Numbered from the stretch's first letter, positions 31,872-45,086 are shown. The stretch is DNA of 64,000 nucleotides from Sulfurovum sp. (GCA_030949725.1 JAUZSE010000007.1:19379-83378); one strand, 5' to 3'. Numbers and translations are program-made. The notes: generated from the letters alone by a model not told the origin.

Positions 31872-33953
31872 ATGGCAACAAATATTTTACTCCTTGAAGA
31901 TGATCAGCAACTCAGTGATACGGTGAAGCAGTTTTTGACCTACCAAGGATATGAAGTGTATTGTGCCTATGATGGATTGCAAGCCCAAGATCTTGCGTAT
32001 GAGAAACATATAGACATCATGTTGCTTGATGTAAAGGTGCCGCATCAAAATGGTTTTGACTTTTTACAAAATTTACGTGACAATGATGTGCAAACTCCAG
32101 CGATTTTTATCACTTCGTTGGGTGCAAACTTAAAAACACTAAACCCATCAATTTCTCTTGCTAAAAGATTAAGCAACCATATCAATATGTCCAATTAAGT
32201 TATCCCAAGCCTGATTCCATCTCCCCTCAGTTAAACAAATAGCTCTGATAGGTAGAAATCTTTTTGCACCATATTCACTCCAATTAGCACCTGAGACACA
32301 AACTCTCTGTTTGACTACTATTTTACAAGCACTCTCCGTAACACCTGAACCAATTGGTAAATTATTGTCTATAGAATTTTTATACTGCATTCGCTTCAAA
32401 TTATTTGTAAAATAAGAGATAGTTGCCTCAACACCACTCTTGATGCTAGATGATATTTTCTTCTTCTTTAATGCTTCTATCTCTTCTAATAAATCTTTAG
32501 CACCATTTTCAATATTTTTTAAAATGTGACAAGCATTTTCAAACCACACACGCTGTTTTTCTTTGCTTCGTGGATGCACACCTTTTGAGGCTTTAGACAA
32601 ATACTCTGTAGCATGATAATAGTCCAGTGTATTTGAAGCTGTATATTTTTCAAGAAGTAACCAATTCTCTCTCGCTCCATCTGCAAGACCTATAATCTTT
32701 GCTTGTGGAAACTTCTTTTGATAAGCAATGCTTCTTTTTCAAATTTCTTTTTAAACGACTCTTTACCATACTCAGGGGCATTAGCGATGTATATTGTATG
32801 CATTCTTTTACCTTCACTATCATAAAAGAGAAAGTTCCACACATTGCCTCTCGCCAATTTGACTCACCCATTGGCATACATGTTCCATCTAATCCCAGAG
32901 ATATTGTTGCTACTTCTTTATCCATTTTCACTATCTCATACTCCCAATTATCCTCTTGTTTGAGCAATAAATTACTAACTATTTGAGAGGTACTTCTTAT
33001 AAATGAGCATGATATATTTCTATTATGATTCTCTTCTAGGTCTTTTTGTACAGCTTGGGCAGGAGCATTATTATACTTATTTGAGACCATTTTTGCAAAT
33101 TTTGGTGTGGATGTTTTGATGATATGGGCTTTTTTCTCAATCGGACAAACTTGTTTACCTGATCCTAGTGGAGCAAATACTTTTCTTTTTAGCTCTATTT
33201 CTCCATAAGGTGTTTGATATTTTTTTTTACCTCTTTAGCATAGAGTTTTTGCTCTTTCAATTCTATTACGGTCTCTTTTATTTCCAAATTCTTTAGTGCT
33301 TCTTCTGTTATTTTTTGCCCTAATTCATTCACTTTATTCATTATTATCTCTTCTGTTTCCAAAAAATTCTCACCATTTAAATCTATACTTACTTCTAATG
33401 TGACTCTTTTTTTGTTATTTGATATAATTTTTATTGACATATATTTCTCTTTTTATTGATAGTTTAGGGGTTTTTTCTTAAAAATGTATTAATTTTGGTT
33501 TTAGTGTTTTTAAGTTTGCACCCACTTCGTTGAACTCTGTAGAGGATGTGACACGAGGGTTTGAGAGTGGATGTGATGACTACATCCGTAAGCCTTTTGC
33601 ATTAAAAGAATTGTTGGTTCGCGTAGAAGGACTGTTGAAACGTCGTTTTGGTACACATGATGAAAAGATAAATTTAGGGGATGGGTTTTTCTTTGATATC
33701 AAAGAAAATATCTTGACCAAAGAGAATAAAAGGGTAGCGCTTAAGAACAAAGAAGCAAAACTACTCACTCTTTTTTTTAGAATACCCCAATGAGCTACTC
33801 ACTTATGATAAAATATTTGAGCGTTTATGGGAATATGATGAAGAACCGAGTGCAGGGTCTTTGAGATCGTATATCAACACCGTACGTTCTTTTTTAGGTA
33901 AAGAAAATATAGAAACAATCAAAAATGTAGGATATAGATTTGTTAAAAAGTGA
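31872..33953 (+). pseudogene. OmpR-family response regulator disrupted by ISKra4
   Basis: LLLEDD, LLDVKVP, FITS/LNS..GCDDYIRKPF and winged-helix end NVGYRF; the IS sits at 32120-33523. Confidence 0.9.
32120..33523 (-). mobile_element. ISKra4-family IS; transposase 33440-32169, frameshifted
   Basis: 24-bp perfect IR GGGTGCAAACTTAAAAACACTAAA, 8-bp TSD ACTTCGTT, LPIGSGVTESACK..VKQR motif. Confidence 0.92.
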
Positions 33954-35101
33954 AAAGAAAAGCCTCATTCGGTTTTTACTGATCTATCTAGGGTCAACCT
34001 TTTTACTTTTTTCTATTGCTGCATGGATATTTTATACTTCTCAAAAACACTATCTTCTTGACCAACAACGAGATGCACTTAAGTTTGAATCGGCTCACAT
34101 TATAAGTACATTAAGAACATTGCACAAGACTTACACTCCTACACTTGTTTACCCCGTAAATCCTTTGCTAAAATCAGCTATCTATGACCTAAGCAAAACA
34201 TATATCTTTGGTACAGATAAACCTAGAGAACTTTTAACACAAGAAGCATACATGGCTATGACAACTAAACTTTATTATCTTTCAAAAGTAGAACCTTATT
34301 ATCTGGGTGCTGCTTTTTTACTGCTGAGTAAAGAGTTAGATAAGAAACCCATTTTGGAACTTCAAAAAAATATAGTATGGTTTTTATTGGGTGCAGGAGT
34401 ATTTTTTGCACTTTTGGGACTGTTTCTGGGGAGATTATTTATAGCACCTATGCGTGAATCTATAGAAAAAATGAACCATTTTATCCAAGATGCTACACAT
34501 GAACTGAACACGCCTATCTCTACTATACTCACAAACATAGAGATGCTAGAAACCTTTGGTAAATGTGAAAAGAGTGATGAGCTTAAAACGTATAGAAATT
34601 GCATCTAAGACCTTGAGTCTGATCTATGAAGATCTGACGTACCTAAATTTAAATCATAATTATTATAGAAATATAGAAACACTTAATATCTCTCATTTTA
34701 TTGAGGAAAGAATGATTTATTTCTCCGTGATGGCAGAGCAAAAAGATTTAAAAGTGGAAATAGACATTGAGCCTGATGTGTTGTTGGAGATCGATAAAAA
34801 TGATGCAACCCGTTTGGTAGATAATCTCATTACCAATGCAATTAAATACAACAAAACAAAAGGTCTTTTAGGTATAAAAGTGACTAAAGAATCCCTTCGT
34901 GTTGTAGATACAGGCTCTGGTATAGAAAAAAAAGAGCTAGATACCATAGTATGTCGGTTTAAGCGAGCCAACAAGAGTGAGGGTGGTTTTGGCATAGGGC
35001 TTGATATCGTCAGTCAGGTTATAGCACGTTACGGCTATATCTTAGACATCCAATCTGAAGAGAGAAAAGGAACGGAGGTTGTCGTAAAATGGGAAAAATA
35101 A
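33940..35101 (+). CDS. Sensor histidine kinase; one +1 frameshift
   Basis: Two TMs, DATHELNTP H-box, NLITNAIKYN, DTGSGI and GFGIGL. Confidence 0.9.
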
Positions 35102-35451
35102 TTTTTGTATCTATACTCTTTTCTGTGAGTGTTTTTGCGGTCAATATAAGCATAGACGACAAACAACAACTGCAAAAAAACTGTTTACAGTGTCATCATA
35201 ACGAACAGATCCCCAATGGGTTGATTTATAGACGTTACCTTATGAAGTATAGTACAGAAGAAGCTATAAAAACAGCAATATTAAAATATTTGAAAGATCC
35301 TAAAAAAGAAAACTCAATTATGCCACATCCTTTCTTTTCAAAGTTTTCTATGAAAAAAGTCTTAGCTTTAGATGATGAGAGTCTAAGAAAAAATATACAA
35401 ACATTTTTAGATACTTTTGATATAAAGAAAAAGTTGCGTTTGTCTGAGTAA
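35089..35451 (+). CDS. Small exported cytochrome c-like protein
   Basis: Signal peptide and CLQCH; resembles the 31452 cytochrome (YL.DPK..S.MP). Confidence 0.72.
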   Translation: MGKIIFVSILFSVSVFAVNISIDDKQQLQKNCLQCHHNEQIPNGLIYRRYLMKYSTEEAIKTAILKYLKDPKKENSIMPHPFFSKFSMKKVLALDDESLRKNIQTFLDTFDIKKKLRLSE

Positions 35452-35508
35452 TTCACTTTGCGTTGATGTTGTTCTTGTATGCTTTGCTTCTTAAATAGGA
35501 GAACAAAT

Positions 35509-36813
35509 ATGTTACGAATTTTAATACTACTTTTGTGTACGCTGCCACTCTTTAGCAGTACTCTGGATGGACTTATTGACTATGCTATGCAAAATAGTAC
35601 GGTAATAAAGCAGGGTAAAGCAGGGATGGAGTTGACACGGACAAAGCGAAAAGAGAGTCAGGCTGCACAGTTTGGAAGTATAGACTTAGTGGGGAGTTAT
35701 ACACACTTTAATTTACCAAGAACCTTAGCACCCTTAACTCCAGGGAGTATTTTAACCGATCCTACCGCGGTAGCCACTACAAAAAACCTCTTCGGTACAG
35801 GGGTGATGTATTCTGTTCCTTTGTTTACAGGGTTTGCACAGACTAGACAGGTAGAGATGGACAGCATAGCCACACAACTTTCACAAAGTCAGTTTTCTCT
35901 TACCAAAGAACAACTGGCTTATAATGTTGCCTCATTATATCTTTCTATTTTGGCATTGAAAGAGATGTTAAATGCACAACAAAAACATGTGAGTGCCTTG
36001 AAAAAACTAAGAGATGTCATTGAACAAGAGGTGAGAGTTGGTAAAAAAGCAGAGATTGACCTTTTAAAAGCAGAAAATGATCTCTATGGTAATATCTCTT
36101 ACAAGGCAGTACTTAAAGGCAATATAGCCATAACCAAAGCTTCTTTGGCAAGTCTTGTAGGAAAAGATCATATTGGAAAGATTAGTGCCGTCAAGGTTTC
36201 GGTGAAAAAACCAAATTATGCTATAGACAGACTCTTAGATGAAGCTTCAAGCCTAGATAAAGTACACATTTCTGAACTCAACATTAAAAAAGCCAACAAA
36301 GGCATAGAAAAAAGCAGAGCCAGTAGGTATCCACAAGTTTCTCTGAGCAGTTATTATGGATACAATTATGGTGAAAATGACGGTAGTAACAAGTACTCTG
36401 GAGATTTTAATTCTCAAGAAAACTGGCAAATAGGTGTCAATGCAAAATGGACTTTGTATGATTTTGGGAAAAATGATGCAAATACACAAAAAGCCAAGAT
36501 AGCACATATGCAAGCAACACTCAATAAACAACAGACACTTTTAGATCTTAGAAAAACCTTGGTGGAAGCTTTGGCAAAGATGAAACAGGAGTATGCCAAA
36601 TATCAGGGAAATTTAAAACAACTTACTTTGGTCACGAAAAGTGAGAAAATCGAAAATGTGCGTTACCTTAATGGCGTTTCTACCATTAATGATTTGCTTT
36701 ATGCGAAGAGTCAAACCAATCTGGCTTCCGCAAAGTTAATAGAGAGTAGATATAACTATCAAAAAGGGAAGTTTTATATGGATTATTTATTGGAAAGAGG
36801 GGTAGAGAAATGA
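35509..36813 (+). CDS. TolC-family outer membrane efflux protein
   Basis: Signal peptide, VPLFTGF, YPQVSL, WTLYDFG and RY.NG.ST..DLL motifs. Confidence 0.92.
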   Translation: MLRILILLLCTLPLFSSTLDGLIDYAMQNSTVIKQGKAGMELTRTKRKESQAAQFGSIDLVGSYTHFNLPRTLAPLTPGSILTDPTAVATTKNLFGTGVMYSVPLFTGFAQTRQVEMDSIATQLSQSQFSLTKEQLAYNVASLYLSILALKEMLNAQQKHVSALKKLRDVIEQEVRVGKKAEIDLLKAENDLYGNISYKAVLKGNIAITKASLASLVGKDHIGKISAVKVSVKKPNYAIDRLLDEASSLDKVHISELNIKKANKGIEKSRASRYPQVSLSSYYGYNYGENDGSNKYSGDFNSQENWQIGVNAKWTLYDFGKNDANTQKAKIAHMQATLNKQQTLLDLRKTLVEALAKMKQEYAKYQGNLKQLTLVTKSEKIENVRYLNGVSTINDLLYAKSQTNLASAKLIESRYNYQKGKFYMDYLLERGVEK

Positions 36814-37887
36814 AGAAGAAGACCATTGTTATCTTAATCATAGTTGTAGTGATATTGGTACTTGCCGTGAGACTTTTACAAAAGAGAAAAGCTGAAATCT
36901 CCAATGCAACCCTTCCTTCAAGTGGAGTCGTAACCGTTTCTGTGGTGAAGGCAAAGCAGGGAACGATGCAGTACAAAATACCTTTTTTGGCACAGATTGT
37001 GGCAGATAAAAGCATCACCCTTTCAACCAAGTTGGCAGGATATGTAGAAAAAGTATATGTAGAAGAGTCTCAAAAAGTCACAAAAGGTGAGATACTTGTG
37101 CGTATTGATGCCTTTGAGCTAAATTCAAACATTGATGCACTTCAAGCAACGTTAAATGCGCAAGAAAATGATTTGAATTTGGCAAAAAAGCATACATACA
37201 AGAAATAGAAAACTTTTTGCCATAGGTGGACTTGCCAAAGAGCAGCTTGATATCTCAAAGGTATCGTTGAAAGTGAAGGCTTCAATTATGGAGAATACCA
37301 AACAAAAAATAGTACAACTAGAACACCAACGTTCCTATTTGACAATTGTGGCACCTTTTGATGGCGAAATAGATGCCATACTTCTTTATGAAGGTGATTT
37401 AGCAGCTTCTGGAAAAGCTATTTTAAAGATGAGTAATCTAAGGCAAAGAATGTTGTTTTCTTATGCACCTGCAAACAATAATACCATACAAAAAGAACAA
37501 ACCGTGTTGATGAAAGGTAAGGAGATAGGACTTGTGAAATCCATCTATACAAGGTCTAAAAATGGATTGGTCTCTGCGGAAGTAAGCTTGAGTCAAAAAC
37601 TAGACTTGCCTACAGGCAGTTCTGTAAATATTGAAGTTTTAACCAAAGAAGCCCACGGATGCATCGTTCCTTCTGACAGTATTTTGCATAAAAAAGAGCA
37701 TAGCTATGTGATGGCTTACCGTGAGACTAAATTCTCTCCGTTGGAAGTAAATATAGAGATACAAGACACGAAGCAGGTATTGATAACTCCTTGTCCTAAA
37801 GTACCTTTGGCACAGGCGAGTGAAGTGAAGTTGGCACAATTGCCTGCTTATGATGTTGTGACACTCGTTGGGGCTAGAGATGAGTAG
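36810..37887 (+). CDS. RND periplasmic adaptor (MFP); one +1 frameshift
   Basis: N-terminal TM and lipoyl half-motifs GYVEKVYVEE...KGEILV and IVAPFDGEI. Confidence 0.88.
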
Positions 37888-40800
37888 AAAATCTAGCTCT
37901 TGGGTGGAGAGTATTTTACGAAAGCCTCATATTATTCTTGCATTTATTGCCCTTTTTGTATTGACAGGGGTTACAGGTTACAATAAAATGCAAAGAAACC
38001 TTTTCCCAAACTCCAATTACCCTGAAGTCGCATTGGTCATAGTGCAGCCCGGAGCCTCTGCGAAAACAATGGCAAGTAACATCGCCGTACCTGTAGAAGA
38101 AGAGCTTTATGCACTAGATGAGATACGCCGTGCCTACTCCAATACCATTGATGAAGTGACGGTTATCAAAGCAGAGTTTGAATACAGTAAAGACATTGAT
38201 ACCGCAGTAAATGATGTGACAACGGCACTCTCAAAAATCCGTGCCAAACTCCCCAAAGACATTAAAGAACCTCAAATCATTAAAATTACAGAGGCTACAG
38301 CACCTATACTTGTTGTTGCTATGTCGCCTAAAGGAGATACGACACTTACTTTGGAGGATATACGAGATATTGCCAGTAGCCATATCAAACATACACTCTT
38401 AAAAACACAGGGTATCGCAAATGTAGATATTTTTGGTGGCTACGAAAAAGAGTTACAAATCATAGTGGATAAAGATAAATTAGACAGTTATCAGCTCTCT
38501 TTGGGGCAGGTGATTGCTACCATCCAAAAAAACAATAATGAATATGCCGTAGGTTTTATAAGCAATAGCGAACATCGTTATCTGCTAAAGTCACAAGGAA
38601 AAAGAGATCAAGTGGGTACATTAAAGGCTTTGATGCTTACACCTGAAGTGAAACTTTCAGATGTGGCGGAAGTCTATTTTGGACATTATGAAAACTCTTC
38701 TGCTTATTATGGCAATGGTAAAGCTGCGATTGCACTTTCTATACAGCGTTCTATCTCTGCGGATGTAATTCAAACGGTGGATAAAGCAGAACATGTCATC
38801 GCTAAATTTAGAACCCAGTATCCAAATATCAATTTTGAAATAAGTGATACGCAAAAAGAGACCATAGAACAAAGTACTACCAATATGTTTGAGTCTCTTC
38901 GTGATGCTATCATCATGTCTACTATTGTTGTCTTCTTATTTTTGGCAAGTTTTCGTCAAATATTGATCGTTCTTGTCACAATTCCTTTGGTGTATGCATC
39001 GACTATTGCTTTGATGTACCTCTTTGGTATAGGTTTTAACGTGATAGGATCTCCTAGGAAATATGGAGATGCTATTGACTATGATAATCTTCCAGAACCC
39101 TATCTAAAATCAGATACCATAGACGAAGATAAGAATATCCAAACAAGAATTTATCAAATGGAAATGCTACATCGTAAGTTTGCAGATAGGCTTAATATTG
39201 TGATTATAGAAAAGATAAATCTAAGCACAGGAAAAATTGCTCATGTAAATCTCTTCTCTACAGATTTGACATTGGACTATGAAAAAATTATTGATTACTA
39301 TTCACTTCGTTTTCAGATTGAATTTGTCTTCCGAGATGCCAAACAATATTGGGGAATGGAGGATTTTATGAATATTAAAAAAACACCTATCCATAATTGG
39401 GCAAATCTCTCTACTTTTATGGTCAACTTTTCTCATGGATTACGTCAAAACTCTACTATGAAAGAGATGAGTATTCTTGACCTTAAAGCCCACTATCACG
39501 GGATTAAATACGTCAAAGAAGTATTTAAATTACTTCCGCATTTAGCTAACGCGTATTTAATTCAGACGGTATCGCTTAAGATTGCCAATTTAGGGGCTAT
39601 TCACTCTACTGAGAGGGTGGGTTAGTGGGGTTTTTTGGCTAAGGTATTGTACTTTGACTGCTATTATATTGGCATTGGGTCTGTTACTTGATGATACGGT
39701 GGTGGTGATGGAGAACATCGAGAGGCACTACCGTGAATTGGGGAAGGATATAAAAACAGCCGTCTTTGATGGAACTAAGGAGATTATGTTTGCCGATTTC
39801 TCTGGTACGGTTACCACTATGATTGCTCTCTCTCCGATGCTTTTTGTGGGTGGATACCCCCAAACGATTTTTGCACCACTTGTAAGTACACTGCTATTGG
39901 CTTTGGTTGCTTCGTATGTGATCTCTATCGTTGCTGTACCTTTGCTCTCACTTTATATTTTGTCGATCCAAAATCCCACTTTGCTTAAAGTTGAAAATGC
40001 TTTTCATAGAGTTATAGGTCGTGCAAACGACATGATTCAGGGGTTTTTCGCTTCTATAGTGGGAGTGATTACTTCTTCTAAGCGTTTAGGTTTTCTTTCT
40101 GTGTTTATACTTATTGTACTCTTTTTGACATCAGTAAAAATTGTTATGCCAGTAGTAGGTCAAGAACTCATGCCTCCAATGGATACAGGTGGCGTTAATA
40201 TTCAAATTACCACAGATGCAAATCTTCCTATAGAAAAAAGTGAAGCTATCATGCAAAAGATTAACAAAATCATAAAAGATCAGGGAGAGATTTTACGTAT
40301 TTCTGGAAGTATAGGCTCAGAGGCTGGAGTCATGAGTATAGGCTCAGGCTCAGGTATAGATCATATTTTGGTGATAGCGACGTATGTAGATAGATACCAA
40401 AGAGAGGAAGACATTTGGGAGATTTCAAAGGCATTGCGTAAATCCATAGCACAAATTCCTCATGTAAAATATCTGGACATCTCTCCTGCGGGTTCAACAG
40501 CAATGTCAAGCATTAAGGCGAGTGTAGATGCGAGGTTGAGTTCTACAGACTTAAGTAAGTTGCAAAGTGCAGGGCTAGAAGTAGAAAAAGCCTTGAAGAA
40601 GACACAAGGGATTGTGTCAACATCTATCTCTTGGGATAGGGATAAAGTGGTGTATAACCTCAACATTGATGAAGCAGAAGCTATGCGTTATGGACTTAAA
40701 CGTTCTGACATAACAGCACAACTGCAAGTAGCTTTGAGAGGTGCACCTGTAGCTACATTTGCGAAAGAAAACAGTATGGATTACCTCGTAAGGGTTTGGC

Positions 40801-41592
40801 TACCCAAAAAAACAGATAGGTGATTTTGATACGATATTGGGTATGCTTATAGAGACTTCTAAAGGCAAGATCCCTTTAAATAAGATTGCTACTTTAGATG
40901 CTGCAAAAGAGCCTAGTTCTATTAGTAGAGATGGATTGGAATATACGCTTGAAGTCTATGGAAACAGAGAAAAAGGTGCCATTTCACATATTATGGAGAA
41001 TTTTGAAAAGCATTTGGAAGAGGTAACACTTCCTCAAGGTGTAGTCTTGGAGCAAGTGGGGGATATCAAACAGTTTAAAGCAGCAGCTGGACGTATGATC
41101 GGTGCGATAATCATCGCTGTGGTACTTATATTTTTTACACTTATTGTGATGTTTGCCAATGTGAAGATAGCTTTAATGATACTTTTTTCTATCCCTCTTA
41201 CGATAATTGGTGCCTCATGGACGATGCTTTCTGTGGGGTATCACATCTCTATGCCAGCCATGATGGGGTTCATGTTGCTTTCAGGGGTCATTGTAAACAA
41301 TGCCATTTTACTCATTCACTTTGCTTTGGAACAAATACAGGCAGGGTTAAATAAAAAAGATGCCATGATGGAATCGATTAAGATTCGTACACGACCAGTA
41401 CTGATGACAGCATTTGCCGTCTCGGTAGGGATGCTCCCCGTGGCACAAGGGGCGGCTATAGGACTGGAAAGATTGGCACCTTTGGGTACGGTAGCTATTG
41501 GTGGATTGATTGTGGGTACATTTATGACCTTGGTGTTTATCCCTATTGTTTTTATCTGGACGGTTAAAGAAGAGAATGTAAAAGATAAGTAG
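37880..41592 (+). pseudogene. AcrB/CusA-family RND transporter interrupted by an IS fragment, plus one frameshift
   Basis: PGAS...VEEEL, GLLLDDTVVVMENI, GVIVNNAILL and RTRPVLMT; removing 39046-39649 restores GFNVITLTAII. Confidence 0.9.
39046..39649 (+). mobile_element. 3' 604-bp fragment of the IS type found whole at 45087-46534
   Basis: Near-identical to the reverse complement of about 45087-45689, ends at IR TTTTTGGCTAAGGTATTG, has no left end and no TSD. Confidence 0.9.
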
Positions 41593-41656
41593 TTCATATT
41601 CAGTTCATACTAGGATGTTAATATGCGTATATTACATTTGAAAGAGAGATACATAA

Positions 41657-42430
41657 ATGAAAAAGAATATACTAAAAAGTTTGATAGTTATAGGTACAGT
41701 TTTTGGAATGATGGGCTGTGGAGATGGAGATTCTTCTTTAGTAGAGAATGGAGATTCTTCTCTTGGGAGTGCTGGATTAGTAGAGGAGACACTTATTTTA
41801 GGAACAGAATCAATAAGCCCTGAAATACAAGAAATTATAGATGGATCTATTTCAGAAATCTCTCAAGAACTCACAAATACACTTTCTTTTATGGGGAATG
41901 AAGAGAGACTGGCTTATGATATTTATAATTATTTGTATTTAAAATTTGGTAATAAAGCATTTACAAATATCGCAACTAAGGGAGAGTATCAACATATTAG
42001 CTTAGTACAAAAACTCATACAAAAGTATAAACTTAGTGATGATGTGTATTTTACCAATGTTGAGGTGCCTCTAGGGTATATGAATACAGCCATAGAAGAT
42101 ATGGAAGCAGGCGTTTATGATGTTTCTAAAATTCAGGATCTTTATGATGCGTTAATCGCTAGGGCAACAAATGTGACAGAAGCATTGAAAGTAGGGTGTA
42201 TTGTCGAAGTCGTAGATATTATGGATTTGGATCATTATATCCTAGTGGCAGAGGCAGAAGGTGCAACAGATATTATAGAAGTATTTAAAGTCTTACGTGC
42301 AGGTAGCTATAACCACTACTGGACGTTTGATGGGGCATTACAAGATGGATGTTGTGCAACGGCACGTGAGATTCTAGGTACGACTGAATGTCCTACTAAA
42401 GAAGATTATCCAGAAAGTAACAAGAAATAA
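41657..42430 (+). CDS. DUF2202 ferritin-like lipoprotein
   Basis: Lipobox MMGC, EERLAYDIY, F.NIA..E..H, G..VE..DI.DL and GSYNH motifs. Confidence 0.85.
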   Translation: MKKNILKSLIVIGTVFGMMGCGDGDSSLVENGDSSLGSAGLVEETLILGTESISPEIQEIIDGSISEISQELTNTLSFMGNEERLAYDIYNYLYLKFGNKAFTNIATKGEYQHISLVQKLIQKYKLSDDVYFTNVEVPLGYMNTAIEDMEAGVYDVSKIQDLYDALIARATNVTEALKVGCIVEVVDIMDLDHYILVAEAEGATDIIEVFKVLRAGSYNHYWTFDGALQDGCCATAREILGTTECPTKEDYPESNKK

Positions 42431-42481
42431 ATGCGTGTTTATTTGACTTAAAAAAAATTAGACTAGTTTTTTCTAGCTATC

Positions 42482-42506
42482 TCTCCTTCAAAACTCTTGA
42501 AGGAGA
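42482..42506. terminator. Hairpin, probable terminator
   Basis: TCTCCTTCAA-aactc-TTGAAGGAGA downstream of the DUF2202 gene. Confidence 0.55.
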
Positions 42507-42701
42507 AAAATCCCCCCCTCCATAATCCTCTTTTTATATGAATCTATTTACTACTATCTCTAATTAAATACTTATCTGAATCTGAAAATGATTTGGATGA
42601 AGGTGTTAGGAAAAAAGCTCTTTCTGCCCTACGTATTTTATGATACAATATCTGATGAAATATAGACGGATATTTGCCGATGGTCATAGTTATTATTTTT
42701 T

Positions 42702-42786
42702 CTCGTTTCCATCTTTCCTGCGTGGGAATACATACGAGAGAAGTCCAATATCAAGTATGCGTTACGACGGAGACCGTCGTAACGAG
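42702..42786. repeat. REPIN-like doublet of CTCG-type REP hairpins
   Basis: Outer CTCGTT/AACGAG, inner CATAC/GTATG, a degenerate left hairpin and a perfect right hairpin CGTTACGACGG-aga-CCGTCGTAACG. Confidence 0.65.
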
Positions 42787-43534
42787 GGGAACAATAAAAC
42801 CAAAAGGAGTAAAAAATGCAAAGAAAATTAGTGAGCTTTGATTGGGCTATGAAAAAAATATTAAGACAAAAAGCCAATTTTGTAATCTTGGAGGGATTTT
42901 TGTCTGAACTCTTTAAATTTGATTTAAAAATAGAAGAGATTTTAGAGAGTGAAGCCAATCAAGAGAGTGAAGATGATAAGTTTAATCGTGTTGATTTATT
43001 GGCAAAAGATGAAGATGGTGATTTGATTTTAATTGAAGTCCAATATGATGGACAACAAGATTATTTCCATAGAATGCTTTATGGAGCGTCCAAACTTATC
43101 TGTGATTATATGGATAAATCAAATGAATATGCTAAAGTCAAAAAGGTATATTCTGTAAATATCGTATATTTTGCATTAGCAAAAGGTAGTGATTACCTAT
43201 ATTATGGCAAGACACAATTTGAGGGATTAAATCAACAAAATGAGATATTTGAGTTATCAACTCACCAACAAAAGCAGTTTGGTATAGATGAAGTTTATCA
43301 GATATTTCCTGAATATTATGTCATTAGAGTCAATAAATTTAGTGATATTGTAAGAAATAAAATTGATGAGTGGATATATTTTTTAAAAAATGAGAGTATC
43401 AAAGATGAGTTTAAGGCAAAAGGACTAAATGAAGCCAAAGAGATACTAGATGTGATGAAACTCCCTACCAAAGCAAGAGCTATATATGATAGAAAAATAG
43501 AAAATCAAAGGTATAAAAAATCTCTATTAAGTTC

Positions 43535-44807
43535 TAGGTCATTTTCATACAATTCCAAGCAAGAACAAAGCGAATAAATGTTTAAAATAATCTATGAAAA
43601 TAGAAATTAAAGAATTAATAAATATAGAAATGACCCTAGAGATATTAGAAAAATTGCCAGATTATAGAGTAACAAAAGAGAAGATAGAATATGACCAAAG
43701 AGATGTATTATTTGGTGTTTTATGTAGTATGTTTGTAGGAAATATTGAAATAAAAGATAAACATAATTGGCTAGAGGTAAACTTCAATGAAAATTACTTT
43801 AAAAGGCTTATTGGAAAAGAAAATGAAGAGCTTAAAACACCCTCCTATTCAACAGTAAGAAGAATGATAATAAACATAGATTCTACTATCTTAGAAGAGA
43901 TGTTTAGAGCGTATTTCATACCTAAAGTTGAATTCAATGAGAAGACACAGTTAGCAGTAGATGGAAAGACAATGAATGCAAGTGGACGCAAAGGGAAATA
44001 TACGGTTAAACGGAATGTGGGAATGCTAAATGTAGTGGAAACAGCATCTAAAATTGTGATTGCCCATAGAGAGTTAGGGGCAAAGAAGTCCGAGATACCC
44101 GAGTTTCAAAAGGTATTAGAAATGGAGTTTTCAGATAAACCATTTCTATATACCTTTGATGCACTAAATACCCAAGTAGAGAGTCTAAATGGGATTGAGG
44201 CTAAAGGAAAAAGGTATTTAGCCAAAGTCAAAGGTAACCAAAAAACATTACTTAAACAGGTGAGTCAAGCCTTTGAAGAGGAATCTGCAAAAGCGAATAA
44301 TACTATCTTAGAAGAGAAAGATAAAAGAGAGTCTATTGAAGGGAATAAATGGGTAAAAAGAGAGACTTTCGTTTTGAGTTCAAAAAATGATGAATTACTG
44401 ATAGATAATAGCTCTTTTAGGCATATAAAATCAATCATTAAACAGGTAAAATATATAAGTGACAATGAGGGTAAAAGAAAAGTAAAAGAGCAATATTTAA
44501 TTGCAAATTTTTTAGAAAGTGCCACCTATTTTAAAGAAGGCATCAAAGACCATTGGCGTTGTGAAACTTACCATTATTATAAAGATAGATTAACAAAAGA
44601 AGACGATTGTAAAATATCAGTCAATCCTTTTGGATTAGCTATTCTTAGGAGTTTTGTCATTAATTGCATACAACTTCACCTAAACAAGCATAAACCTGAC
44701 AATAAAAGCCTCAATATGTCGGGTATTTTTAAAAGTTGTGGGAATAACCCTCACTTTTTGGGTAGATTAGTTACATAGTTGTGTTTATATTGTATGAAAA
44801 TGACCTA
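43535..44807 (+). mobile_element. ISAs1-family IS with intact transposase (43594-44778)
   Basis: 19-bp perfect IR TAGGTCATTTTCATACAAT, 9-bp TSD ATTAAGTTC, AVDGKT, KKSEIP, TFDALNTQ, KVKGNQ and HWRCE motifs. Confidence 0.95.
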
Positions 44808-45086
44808 ATTAAGTTCTGCTAGAATGGAGGGGGAGATTAAAGGAAGAATAGAGATAGCAAAAATCTCTTAAAAGCATACCTTTCTACACAAGTTCCTCAA
44901 AAGAAAAAAGAGTAAAATAGCAAATAAAAAGCCATGGAACATAGATTAAAAACCAGACAGGAAAAATTAGTAGTGGGTGAGATGAATAGTAAAGTAAATG
45001 CAAAGACAGGAATTAACCTTTTAATAAAGACAGAAGGGATGAGCCAAGTACAAGCATCGTATAGATTTTATAACAATGAGAATGTA

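Noticed and set aside
37868-39625. 585-aa RND-transposase fusion as a novel protein
   Set aside because: It is a by-product of the in-frame IS fragment; the RND continues after 39649
41726-41765. Short duplication encoding GDSSL twice in the DUF2202 lipoprotein
   Set aside because: It is an ordinary low-complexity linker after the lipobox
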